Assembly (NCBI GenBank): GCA_025363435.1
Contig: JANYDY010000039.1
Location: forward strand, 10,093 to 74,092
Length of the DNA: 64,000 nt
Direction: 5' to 3'
DNA from: Betaproteobacteria bacterium
GTDB taxonomy: Bacteria > Pseudomonadota > Gammaproteobacteria > Burkholderiales > SG8-41
Part shown: positions 33,517-42,519 of the stretch, piece by piece
Position numbering within the stretch: the first letter of the stretch is position 1
How the letters are laid out: the number at the start of each line of letters is the position of its first letter
Notes under the pieces: generated by a model
What the model was told of the DNA's origin: nothing
Database searches by the model: none
What the model saw: only the letters and a program-made list of their open reading frames with translations
Position numbers and translations under genes: made by a program

Positions 33517-34341
33517 ATGTTGAAGCAGTTTCTTGCGGCTATCGCCGGACGCGCCGGTAATGAGGTCGTCGATGCGGTTGAATTTCCGCTCGAACTCGAA
33601 ACCAGACTCGCCGCATTGCACAGCCGCGCACCGGTCGAACGCCATCTTGAAATGCTGTTTCGCGATATCAATATCGGCAGTGAAAATTTCGCCGCACTGT
33701 TTCAACGCTGCCTGACCGAGACGCAAACGCCGGTTACACCGTTCAATGTGTTTCACCGTTTTCAAAGCCGCCGCGACCTCCTGCAGTACTTTTTCTCCAG
33801 CATGGACGTGCCGGGGGCGCGCGCCGAATGCGGCGTCTATCGCGGCGCCACCGCGCTGCTGCTGGCCCGTGCGTGGCGCAGCCGGCAGCCGGCCTTTGAC
33901 GGCGACGGGCTGTACCTGATCGACAGCTTTATCGGCACCAGCGCTTCCGGCAAACAGGACCTCATTCCGGTACGCGACGGCAACGGCCTGCGCCGCGAGC
34001 CGTTTTTCGCGGTTGCCCAGGCCGGCCTGACGCCTGAACTGGTGCGCGGGTATTTCGGCGAATTTCCCGGAGTTCAAATCTGCGCCGACTGGATTCCGCA
34101 GGTCTTCGCGCCGATGGCCGACATCAAATGGGCCTTTGTTCATCTGGACGTTACTCTGTATACGCCGACCCGCGGCGCACTCGAATATTTTTATCCGCGC
34201 TTGAATACCGGCGGCGTAATCGTCTGCGACGGCTCGCCCTTCTGCCCCGGCGCGCGCGCGGCCTGGGACGAATTCTGCGACAAGCACAACATTCGTTATG
34301 TCGTGCTTGCCAACCGTGAGACGGTGCTGATCAAAGCCTGA
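33517..34341 (+). CDS. Class I SAM-dependent methyltransferase, TylF/MycF (macrocin O-methyltransferase)-like
   Basis: 274 aa with AECGVYRGATALLLA (motif I), LYLIDSFIGTS, and WAFVHLDVTLYTPTRGALEYFYPRLNTGGVIVCDG (metal/SAM region). Confidence 0.7.
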   Translation: MLKQFLAAIAGRAGNEVVDAVEFPLELETRLAALHSRAPVERHLEMLFRDINIGSENFAALFQRCLTETQTPVTPFNVFHRFQSRRDLLQYFFSSMDVPGARAECGVYRGATALLLARAWRSRQPAFDGDGLYLIDSFIGTSASGKQDLIPVRDGNGLRREPFFAVAQAGLTPELVRGYFGEFPGVQICADWIPQVFAPMADIKWAFVHLDVTLYTPTRGALEYFYPRLNTGGVIVCDGSPFCPGARAAWDEFCDKHNIRYVVLANRETVLIKA

Positions 34342-34347
34342 TGCGGC

Positions 34348-35484
34348 TCAACGAAACAGGCGCGCCGCGCGTGCGCGCAAGTTATCAAACATGCCGCGCG
34401 CCGCCTTCTCGCCATCAGCGTCATTTGCAGACGCCGGATAACCTGCCAGCAGAAAACGGGACTTGACCCCCGCGGCCCACATCGCACGTTCGATGTCGCG
34501 CTGCGCAGCGCGCGGATATTGCGCAATTTCAGTCGCCGGCAAAGTGCCGATCACATTGAGTCCTCCATCATCCGCCAGTTGCAACAGGCTGCCGTCCGCC
34601 GGATCAACAAACCGCCGGTCGAAAATATGCAGCAAGGATCTGCGCCGCCCCTTGCCGTCGCTCAATTCGACCATGGCGCCGCATTCCGGCGACGGCTGCC
34701 CGACAACTGTGATGCTGTGCAAAACCATACGCGTCAGCGAATCCAGTGCGGCAAGCCCTTCTTTATCTATCTGAAAATTGCGCGGCGGCGCCGACTCGAT
34801 CTGCCAGAGCACTCTTCCCCACTGGATTGACGAGTTGGCGTCGCCGAGTTCAAGGAAAAATGGATTGGGAACAGATTCCGCGCCGGCGCGGTAACCATGG
34901 CACTCCAGCACCCAGCGCTCCATCTGGTATTCGTCTGTCGAATACGAAGTCCCTGCCAGCAGCGTCCCCGATGCAAGAAAATGTGCAATGCCGGAGTCCT
35001 GCAGCCAGCCGCGGTGTTTTTGAAATCCCGGTTGAAACAACAGCGCCAGATCAAAACGCGCGCCGTCATGTTTGGCGAGAAATTCTGCAAGACCTTCGCG
35101 CGCACTGTTTGCAGGCAGCTTCGGCGCCTGCGCAGATACAGAGGATGTAAACGCAATATCGAGCTCGGCGCCAACCAGCGTAACCTCGAGCGCCCCTTTG
35201 AATGCAAGCATGGCGGCGACAGCCTGATACCAGCGGCCCTGGTCCGGTGCATCGGTGGATTCCGCGCCAATGACGATGATCGAAAGTTTTTCCCGAATGA
35301 CAAGCTGAGGCGCGTACACCGCTATCCAGCGCGCGATTGCGGCCGGCGCCGCCAGAACCGCCGACGCGGTGTGCGGGTCAATTGATCTGAGGCCGCGATA
35401 TTCATCATGCTCTGCCAGTACCGCCAGCAGCGCCTGCCAGTCATTACAGTGGCGAACCGGCGCCGTGTTCATCACGCGCTCCAC
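34348..35484 (-). CDS. Hypothetical soluble protein (374-378 aa), translationally coupled to the upstream NupC-family gene
   Basis: Long uninterrupted ORF in the same direction as cysS and the NupC-family gene. The start is either ATG 35484 (13-nt overlap) or ATG 35472 (TGATG overlap with the transporter stop at 35472-35474). No TM segment or signal peptide is evident, and I can name no family motif. Confidence 0.65.
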   Translation of the reverse strand: MERVMNTAPVRHCNDWQALLAVLAEHDEYRGLRSIDPHTASAVLAAPAAIARWIAVYAPQLVIREKLSIIVIGAESTDAPDQGRWYQAVAAMLAFKGALEVTLVGAELDIAFTSSVSAQAPKLPANSAREGLAEFLAKHDGARFDLALLFQPGFQKHRGWLQDSGIAHFLASGTLLAGTSYSTDEYQMERWVLECHGYRAGAESVPNPFFLELGDANSSIQWGRVLWQIESAPPRNFQIDKEGLAALDSLTRMVLHSITVVGQPSPECGAMVELSDGKGRRRSLLHIFDRRFVDPADGSLLQLADDGGLNVIGTLPATEIAQYPRAAQRDIERAMWAAGVKSRFLLAGYPASANDADGEKAARGMFDNLRARAARLFR

Positions 35485-36722
35485 AAAACACCGACCAGCG
35501 CCCCCGTCATGCAGGTCGCCAGCGTGCCGGCCACAATCGACTTCATACCGAGCCCGACAATTTCATCGCGGCGCTCAGGGGCCATCGCCGCCATGCCACC
35601 GATCAGAATTCCGAGGCTGCCGAAATTGGCGAAGCCGCACAACGCATAGGTCATCAACAGGCGGCTGCGCAATGACAAGGCGTCTGCCGGAAGCTGCGCA
35701 AGATCAAGGTAAGCAACAAATTCATTCAGCACTGTTTTTACACCGAGTAACCCGCCGGCCGTCGGCGCTTCGCTCCACGGCAGGCCTATCAGCCAGGCCA
35801 GCGGTGCGAGCAACCATCCCAGCACGCGCTGCAATGTCAACGCCTCGCCGTTAAACGCCGGCAGCCCGCCGAGCATCGAATTGGCGAGCGATACGAGCGC
35901 GATCAAAACAATCAACAACGCAACGATGTTCAGCAGCAGATTCAAGCCGTCGACTGTTCCGCGGGTAATCGCATCCATGCTGCTTGATGCCGCCTGCGGC
36001 GGCGTCAGCCTGCCGGACGTTGGCAACCCCGTCAGCGGCACCATCAATACGGAGACAACGATCGCCGCCGGCGCGCTGATAATCGATGCGATCAGTATGT
36101 GGCCCAGCGCATCCGGAATCGCCGGTCCGAGGATGCTTGCGTACAACACCATCATGGTGCCGGCAATGCCTGCCATGCCGCAGGTCATGACAATAAACAA
36201 TTCGCCGCGCGACAACTGGTTCAGGTACGGCCGTATGAACAACGGCGCTTCAACCATGCCGACGAATACATTCGCAGCCGTCGACAAACCGACCGCGCCG
36301 CCGACGCCCATCACTCTCTCGAAAACACGCGAAATGGCGCGCACGATCCACGGCAGAATCCGCCAGTAAAACAGCAAGGACGACAATGCGCTGATGACAA
36401 GAATGAGCGGCAGCACGCGGAAGGCCAGCACAAATGTCGAGCCGGCGCCGCTTTCCGTAAACGGCTGCACGCCGCCACCGAGAAAACCGAAAACAAATGC
36501 GCTACCCGTCTGAGTGGCGCGCTCAACCGCCTGCAAAGCCTCATTCAGCAACAGAAAAAACTGTTTGAACAGCGGCAGTTTGAGCAGTGCAATGGCCAGC
36601 ACGGCCTGCAACAGAACGCCGCTGATAATGGTGCGCCAGACGATGACGCGACGGTTTTCGCTGATCAGCCAGGCCAGAATCAGCATGGCCGCAAACCCGA
36701 AGGCGCTTTGCAGATTTTCCAC
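35472..36722 (-). CDS. NupC/NupG (CNT) family nucleoside transporter
   Basis: 416 aa, polytopic, with N-terminus FGFAAMLILAWLISENRR and C-terminal ...YALCGFANFGSLGILIGG, typical of the NupC family. The start lies 15 nt after the cysS stop. Confidence 0.85.
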   Translation of the reverse strand: MENLQSAFGFAAMLILAWLISENRRVIVWRTIISGVLLQAVLAIALLKLPLFKQFFLLLNEALQAVERATQTGSAFVFGFLGGGVQPFTESGAGSTFVLAFRVLPLILVISALSSLLFYWRILPWIVRAISRVFERVMGVGGAVGLSTAANVFVGMVEAPLFIRPYLNQLSRGELFIVMTCGMAGIAGTMMVLYASILGPAIPDALGHILIASIISAPAAIVVSVLMVPLTGLPTSGRLTPPQAASSSMDAITRGTVDGLNLLLNIVALLIVLIALVSLANSMLGGLPAFNGEALTLQRVLGWLLAPLAWLIGLPWSEAPTAGGLLGVKTVLNEFVAYLDLAQLPADALSLRSRLLMTYALCGFANFGSLGILIGGMAAMAPERRDEIVGLGMKSIVAGTLATCMTGALVGVLWSA

Positions 36723-36737
36723 GCGTCGGTTCGCCGC

Positions 36738-38108
36738 TCAGGCGCGGCGCCAGGTCGTACCCTTGGCGGTGTCTTCAAGCACAATGCCGGCATCCAGCAG
36801 AGCATTGCGTATGCGGTCGGCTTCAGCGTAATTTTTGGATTTCTTGGCGGTGACACGCGCATCGATTTCCGCCTGTACCCGTTCCGACGTCCAGTCGTCC
36901 GCAGCAGGTGCAGCTTTCAGAAATTCGTCGGGACTACGCTGCAGCAAACCAACGATTGCAGCGAGCGACTTCAGTAGCACCGCCGTGTCGCGCTCACCGC
37001 TGCGATTGACCTCATTGGCAAGATCGAACAGTACCGCCACGGCTTCCGGGGTATTGAAATCGTCTTCCATGCACTCGCGAAAGCGCACTGCCTGCGGCAG
37101 GTTCCAGTCGACCGGCGCGGCATCGACTGTGTGCGCTTTCAGCGCAGTGTAAAGCCGCGTCAGCCCCTGACGCGCGTCGTCGAGGTGCTGATCGGAGTAA
37201 TTGAGCGGGCTGCGGTAATGCGCGCGCAGAATGAAGAAACGCACCACTTCGGCGTCGTAGCGAGCGAGTATTTCGCGCACGGTGAAGAAGTTGCCGAGCG
37301 ATTTCGACATCTTCTCGTTATCGACGCGGACGAAACCGTTATGCATCCAGTAATTGACGAAGGTGCCGCCGTGCGCGCCTTCGGACTGGGCGATTTCGTT
37401 CTCGTGATGCGGAAACTGCAGATCCTGCCCGCCGCCGTGGATATCGAAATGTTCGCCGAGCAGCGCGCCCGCCATCGCCGAGCACTCAATGTGCCAGCCG
37501 GGCCGGCCTTCACCCCACGGGCTGGACCATGACGGTTCACCCGGCTTGGCGCGTTTCCATAAGACAAAATCGAAGGGATCGTGTTTGGCCTGCGTCACCT
37601 CGACACGCTCACCGGCATTCAGGTCATCGAGCGATTTGCCCGATAACTTGCCATAGCCGGGAAAGTCGCGCACCGAGTAATTGACGTCGCCGTCCGGCGC
37701 CACGTAAGCCAGCGCCTTCTGCTGCAATTGACCGATGATCTCCTGCATCTGCGCAATGTACTGGGTAGCACGCGGCTCGGCATCGGGTTTGATCACGCCG
37801 AGAGCGGCGGCGTCCTCGTCCATGGCAGCGATAAAGCGTGCCGTCAGAACATCGATCGGTTCTTTGTTCTCGGCCGCCCGTTTGATGATTTTGTCGTCGA
37901 TATCCGTGATGTTACGGACGTAGGTCACCGCGTAACCGTCGCCACGCAGCCAGCGTGTTGCCATGTCAAAGACCACCATCACCCGCGCGTGGCCAAGGTG
38001 GCAAAAGTCGTAAACCGTCATCCCGCACACGTACATCCGCACCTGCCCGGGCACCAGCGGCTTGAATTCCTGCTTTTCGCGCTTAAGGGTGTTGTAAATC
38101 TTGAGCAT
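36738..38108 (-). CDS. cysS: Cysteine--tRNA ligase
   Basis: Trimmed to the ATG at 38108 ([15 protein letters not shown]). It has the class I HIGH variant CHLGHARV and KMSKS. Confidence 0.97.
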   Translation of the reverse strand: MLKIYNTLKREKQEFKPLVPGQVRMYVCGMTVYDFCHLGHARVMVVFDMATRWLRGDGYAVTYVRNITDIDDKIIKRAAENKEPIDVLTARFIAAMDEDAAALGVIKPDAEPRATQYIAQMQEIIGQLQQKALAYVAPDGDVNYSVRDFPGYGKLSGKSLDDLNAGERVEVTQAKHDPFDFVLWKRAKPGEPSWSSPWGEGRPGWHIECSAMAGALLGEHFDIHGGGQDLQFPHHENEIAQSEGAHGGTFVNYWMHNGFVRVDNEKMSKSLGNFFTVREILARYDAEVVRFFILRAHYRSPLNYSDQHLDDARQGLTRLYTALKAHTVDAAPVDWNLPQAVRFRECMEDDFNTPEAVAVLFDLANEVNRSGERDTAVLLKSLAAIVGLLQRSPDEFLKAAPAADDWTSERVQAEIDARVTAKKSKNYAEADRIRNALLDAGIVLEDTAKGTTWRRA

Positions 38109-38282
38109 GCGGGTTTCGCTGGCAGAAGCGCACAGATTCGGGCGGCGCCGGTCATCGTTTTCGAGCCGCCGGCGGCAGCCCGTTATCATTACCGACGATA
38201 CGTGTTTAAATTAGCCGGGGAAGTTGGTAAAATCGTTGGGATTAGCGGACTAACGCCCTGAAATTACGAAAAGTATAGCACA

Positions 38283-39332
38283 ATGACGCCCATGCTCCCG
38301 CGCGCCCTGATGACTCGGATTACCGCCCTGCTTGCCGCGCTGCTTTTTGCCTGCGCGGCCGGTGCGCAAACTGACGAATATCAGGAAGCGCAAAAGCTGT
38401 TCCGCGGCGGTCAGCACGCCCAGGCGCTCGAACGCGTCGACAACTTCCTTAAAGGCAACCCGAAAGACGCGCGCGCGCGTTTTCTCAAGGGGCTGATCTT
38501 CACGGAACAGAATAAGAATGCCGATGCGATACGCATATTTACTGGGCTGACGGAAGACTATCCGGAACTGCCGGAACCGTACAACAATCTTGCTGTGCTC
38601 TACGCGCAGCAGGGCCAGTACGACAAAGCACGCAGCTCTCTGGAACTGTCGATACGAACGCACCCGAGTTATGCCACTGCGCATGAGAACCTCGGCGACA
38701 TCTACGCCAAGATGGCATCACAGGCGTACGACAAAGCGCTGCAGCTCGACAAAGCCAACACCGGCGCACAAACCAAACTCGGCCTGATCAAGGAGCTGTT
38801 CTCCAGTTCAGGCAAAGGCGTGAAGCCCACGTCCGGCAAAACCGATACCAAGGCTGCGGCAACGATCGTCGCCGCGGCAAAACCGGTGCCCGCGCCGGTG
38901 GTGGCCGCAGCGCCTGCCGCCCCCGCCAAGGCCGCCGAACCCGTCGCAAAAGCGGCAGAGCCCGCAGCCAAAGCCACGCCGGCCGGCAACGCCTCCGCCG
39001 ATGTGCTCATAGCAGTCAACGGCTGGGCGCAGGCTTGGTCGACCAACGATGTCGGTGGTTATCTCGGCTACTACGCAACGGACTTCCAGACCCCGCGTGG
39101 CGAACCGCGCAGCGACTGGGAAGCCGCGCGCAAAGCGCGCATTGCCAAGCCGAAGAAAATCGACGTCAAAGTCGAACTGCCGAAAGTCGTCTTTAATGAT
39201 GCAAACCGCGTCTCGGTCACTTTTCGCCAGAATTACAATTCGCCGAACCTGAAGGTTTCCAGCATGAAAACGCTGGTGCTGGTGAAAAGCGGCGAGCGCT
39301 GGCTGATCCAGCAGGAACTCGTCGGCAGTTGA
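38283..39332 (+). CDS. Secreted TPR-repeat protein with an Ala/Pro linker and a C-terminal NTF2-like domain
   Basis: 349 aa. Signal peptide ITALLAALLFACAAGAQ is followed by TPR repeats (residues about 30-165) and a low-complexity linker. The C-terminal domain VNGWAQAWSTNDVGGYLGYYA... is shared with the next gene. Confidence 0.75.
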   Translation: MTPMLPRALMTRITALLAALLFACAAGAQTDEYQEAQKLFRGGQHAQALERVDNFLKGNPKDARARFLKGLIFTEQNKNADAIRIFTGLTEDYPELPEPYNNLAVLYAQQGQYDKARSSLELSIRTHPSYATAHENLGDIYAKMASQAYDKALQLDKANTGAQTKLGLIKELFSSSGKGVKPTSGKTDTKAAATIVAAAKPVPAPVVAAAPAAPAKAAEPVAKAAEPAAKATPAGNASADVLIAVNGWAQAWSTNDVGGYLGYYATDFQTPRGEPRSDWEAARKARIAKPKKIDVKVELPKVVFNDANRVSVTFRQNYNSPNLKVSSMKTLVLVKSGERWLIQQELVGS

Positions 39333-40588
39333 TGGTCGGCATGCCAGCCCCGCTCACCGTCAATGTCAAACCGGCTTGGCGGCTGATTGCAGCGTTTGCA
39401 GCCGTTTCGCTGCTGTTTTGCAGCGCCGCCAACGCAATGGGGCGCAAGCCGCATAAGAAAACCGAAGCCGCCGCCGTTGTGCCTGCCATGGTGGAGCCGG
39501 AAACCGCGCTAGTCAAAACGCTGGTCGAAATTCGCAACAACCGGCTTGAGAACGCACTGCTTGAAGTCGAGAATGTTCTTACCAGCTACCCGAATTTCCG
39601 TCTCGCGCATCTGGTCAAGGGTGACCTTCTGCTGGCGCGCTCGCGGCCGCTGCGCGAACTCGGCGAAGCGCCCAATGCGCCGCGCGAACGCGTTGAAGAT
39701 CTGCGCGATGAAGCAAGAGTCAGACTGGCGCGTTATCAACGTGAACGCCCGACCGATCGAGTGCCGAAATTCCTGCTGCAACTCAATCCGGAACAAAAAC
39801 ACGCGCTGATCGTCGATACCCGGCAATCGACGTTGTACGTTTTCGAAAACCGCAACGGCGAACCGCACTACCTCGCTGACTATTACGTGACCATCGGCAA
39901 AAACGGCGTCGACAAGTTCAAGGAAGGCGACAAGAAAACGCCGCTTGGCGTCTACCACGTCACCAACAACCTGCCGCGCGCGAAGCTGGCCGATCTGTAC
40001 GGCAGCGGCGCGTTCCCGATCAGCTATCCGAACGAATTCGACAAGCGCGAAGGCCGCGGCGGCACCGGCATCTGGCTGCACGGCACGCCTTCCGACACCT
40101 ACAGCCGGCCACCGCGCGCCAGCGACGGCTGTGTTGCGCTGACCAATGAAGACCTTGACGCTATCAGCAAGAACCTGCAGGTCGGCGTCACACCGGTGAT
40201 CATCAGTGAAGGCGTCGAGTGGGTAAAACCGGAGGTTGTCGACGGCTTGCGCCGCGAGTTGCTTGCGCAGGTCGAAGGCTGGCGCCGCGATTGGGAAAGC
40301 CTCGATACCGAGACCTATCTCAAGCACTACGCACCGGGATTTACCTCGGGATCACAGGATCTCGCCGCGTGGTCTGAGCAAAAACGCAACGTCAATGCCG
40401 GCAAGACCTGGATCAAACTCGCCGTTGAGCGCGTCAGCGTCTTCCTCTACCCCGGACGCGACGATCTGGCAGTCGTTGCCTTCGACCAGAATTACAGCAG
40501 CAGCAACCTTTCCAATCAAATGCGCAAACGCCAATACTGGCTTCGCGAAAAAAGCGGCTGGCGCATTCTTTACGAAGGCGGCGCCTGA
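39332..40588 (+). CDS. L,D-transpeptidase (YkuD) family protein
   Basis: The ATG at 39332 overlaps the upstream stop (TGATG). A signal peptide is present. The catalytic block reads GIWLHGTPSDTYSRPPRASDGCVALTNEDL (His...Cys motif). The C-terminal domain VEGWRRDWESLDTETYLKHYA... is paralogous to the upstream gene. Confidence 0.88.
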   Translation: MVGMPAPLTVNVKPAWRLIAAFAAVSLLFCSAANAMGRKPHKKTEAAAVVPAMVEPETALVKTLVEIRNNRLENALLEVENVLTSYPNFRLAHLVKGDLLLARSRPLRELGEAPNAPRERVEDLRDEARVRLARYQRERPTDRVPKFLLQLNPEQKHALIVDTRQSTLYVFENRNGEPHYLADYYVTIGKNGVDKFKEGDKKTPLGVYHVTNNLPRAKLADLYGSGAFPISYPNEFDKREGRGGTGIWLHGTPSDTYSRPPRASDGCVALTNEDLDAISKNLQVGVTPVIISEGVEWVKPEVVDGLRRELLAQVEGWRRDWESLDTETYLKHYAPGFTSGSQDLAAWSEQKRNVNAGKTWIKLAVERVSVFLYPGRDDLAVVAFDQNYSSSNLSNQMRKRQYWLREKSGWRILYEGGA

Positions 40589-40654
40589 ACGATTTTTTTG
40601 CCCCGTATCAGTTCCCCCGCAGTTTTCTTCAACCTTCCACTCCGAGTACACACC

Positions 40655-41230
40655 ATGAACGCCAAACTTTGCATTGCAGCAGCCTTGTTGTTTGCTTTTA
40701 ACGCCTGTGCCGCCGATCCGCAGGTTGAATTGAAAACCAGTATGGGCAGTATCGTGATCGAGCTGAATCAGGAAAAAGCGCCAAAGACGGTTGAAAATTT
40801 TCTGCAATACGTGAAAGACGGTTTTTTCAAGGGTACGATCTTCCATCGCGTCATTCCCGGCTTCATGATCCAGGGCGGCGGTTTCACCGGCGACTTTGTG
40901 CAAAAGAAACCCCGCGCGCCGATACAGAATGAAGCTGCTAACGGGCTCAAAAACGACATTGGTACGATTGCCATGGCACGCACGAATGACCCGAATTCGG
41001 CGACCGCGCAATTCTTTATCAATGTAAACGACAATCAGCCGCTCAATTTTACGGCGGGCAATCCGGGCTACGCAGTGTTCGGCAAAGTGGTCAAAGGCCT
41101 CGATATCGTGAAAAAGATAGAAGCGGTAGAAACCGGCTCCGGCCCCGCACCACATCAGAATGTGCCGCGCAAGGCAATCGTGATTGAAGACGCGCGCATT
41201 CTGACATCCGATAAACCTGCAGCCAAATAA
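40655..41230 (+). CDS. ppiA: Peptidyl-prolyl cis-trans isomerase A (periplasmic cyclophilin)
   Basis: Trimmed to the ATG at 40655. Signal peptide [19 protein letters not shown] is followed by the cyclophilin core [14 protein letters not shown]. Confidence 0.92.
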   Translation: MNAKLCIAAALLFAFNACAADPQVELKTSMGSIVIELNQEKAPKTVENFLQYVKDGFFKGTIFHRVIPGFMIQGGGFTGDFVQKKPRAPIQNEAANGLKNDIGTIAMARTNDPNSATAQFFINVNDNQPLNFTAGNPGYAVFGKVVKGLDIVKKIEAVETGSGPAPHQNVPRKAIVIEDARILTSDKPAAK

Positions 41231-41240
41231 GGTCATCAAA

Positions 41241-41732
41241 ATGGTCAACCTGCACACCAACCACGGCATCATCAGCATTGAGCTTGATGCCGCCAAAGCC
41301 CCGGTGACGACCGAGAATTTTCTCGGTTACGTCAAAAGCGGTCACTACGACAACACCATTTTCCATCGCGTGATTGACGGCTTCATGATTCAGGGCGGTG
41401 GCTTCGAACCGGGCATGAAACAAAAATCGACCGGCGCGCAAATCAAGAACGAAGCGGACAATCAGCTGAAAAATGATCGCTACACCGTCGCCATGGCGCG
41501 CACCGGCGACCCGCATTCCGCCACCGCGCAATTCTTCATCAATGTCGGCGACAACGATTTTCTCAACTACAAAGCGTCAAACGCCCAGGGTTGGGGCTAT
41601 TGCGTATTCGGCAAAGTTACCGCCGGTACCGATATCGTGGACAAGATCAAGGATGTCAAAACAGGCAGCAAAGGCGGCCATCAGGATGTGCCGGTCGAGG
41701 ACGTCGTCATCACCAAAGCCGAAATAGCCTGA
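41241..41732 (+). CDS. ppiB: Peptidyl-prolyl cis-trans isomerase B (cytoplasmic cyclophilin)
   Basis: 163 aa with no signal peptide, containing [15 protein letters not shown]. Confidence 0.93.
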   Translation: MVNLHTNHGIISIELDAAKAPVTTENFLGYVKSGHYDNTIFHRVIDGFMIQGGGFEPGMKQKSTGAQIKNEADNQLKNDRYTVAMARTGDPHSATAQFFINVGDNDFLNYKASNAQGWGYCVFGKVTAGTDIVDKIKDVKTGSKGGHQDVPVEDVVITKAEIA

Positions 41733-41769
41733 AGGCGGAGTTGAGAGCAAGATAGTTGGAAGTAAATCT

Positions 41770-42513
41770 ATGCAATCCTCGCTCCTCAATCCTGTGACTC
41801 AAAGTTTTTTCATCTCAGACCTGCATCTATGTCCGACACGCCCGGCGATCACGGGCGTTTTTTTTGACTTTCTGCGCGGTCCGGCGGCACAGGCTGATGC
41901 CCTCTACATACTCGGTGACCTGTTCGAATACTGGGCCGGCGACGACGACGACACGCCGTTCAATCAAAGCATTGTTGCGGCGCTGAAAGAATATTCTGGC
42001 CGCGGCATTCCGCTTTATCTGATGCACGGCAACCGGGATTTTCTGATTGGCGAACAATTCGCCGCCGCTACCGGTGCAAAGCTGCTGCAAGACCCGACGC
42101 TGCTGGATTTGTACGGCATACCGACGCTGCTCCTGCACGGTGACACGCTGTGCACCGATGACGTCAAATACATCGCCTTTCGCACGAAGGTGCGCGACCC
42201 CGCTTATCAGCAACAGTTTCTGGCGCAGCCGCTGGCCGCGCGCAAGCAGATCATTGCCGGTCTGCGCGCGGAAAACGCCGGGGAAAAACAACAAAAATCC
42301 GAAACCATCATGGACGTTGTCGCCGCAACCGTCGATGCGGTGTTTCGCCGGCACGGTTATCCGCGCATGATCCACGGGCATACCCACCGCCCTGCGCTCC
42401 ACCATCACGCGGTGGACGATAAAAGCTGCGAACGTTGGGTGCTTGCCGATTGGTACGACAGAGGAAGTTATCTGCTCTGCGACGCCGGCGACTGCCGCAG
42501 CATCGCGTTGTAG
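41770..42513 (+). CDS. lpxH: UDP-2,3-diacylglucosamine diphosphatase
   Basis: 247 aa with FISDLHL, GDLFEYW, GNRD and HGHTH metallophosphoesterase motifs. The start is uncertain: ATG 41770 or the in-frame GTG at 41794. Confidence 0.92.
   Translation: MQSSLLNPVTQSFFISDLHLCPTRPAITGVFFDFLRGPAAQADALYILGDLFEYWAGDDDDTPFNQSIVAALKEYSGRGIPLYLMHGNRDFLIGEQFAAATGAKLLQDPTLLDLYGIPTLLLHGDTLCTDDVKYIAFRTKVRDPAYQQQFLAQPLAARKQIIAGLRAENAGEKQQKSETIMDVVAATVDAVFRRHGYPRMIHGHTHRPALHHHAVDDKSCERWVLADWYDRGSYLLCDAGDCRSIAL
41773..41795 (-). repeat. Third copy of the dispersed ACAGGATTGAGGA repeat (reverse orientation)
   Basis: Reverse strand reads ACAGGATTGAGGAGCGAGGATTG, the same tandem layout as 26879-26901. It overlaps the first 9 codons of the lpxH ORF as drawn. 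Confidence 0.65.
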
Positions 42514-42519
42514 CGCGCC

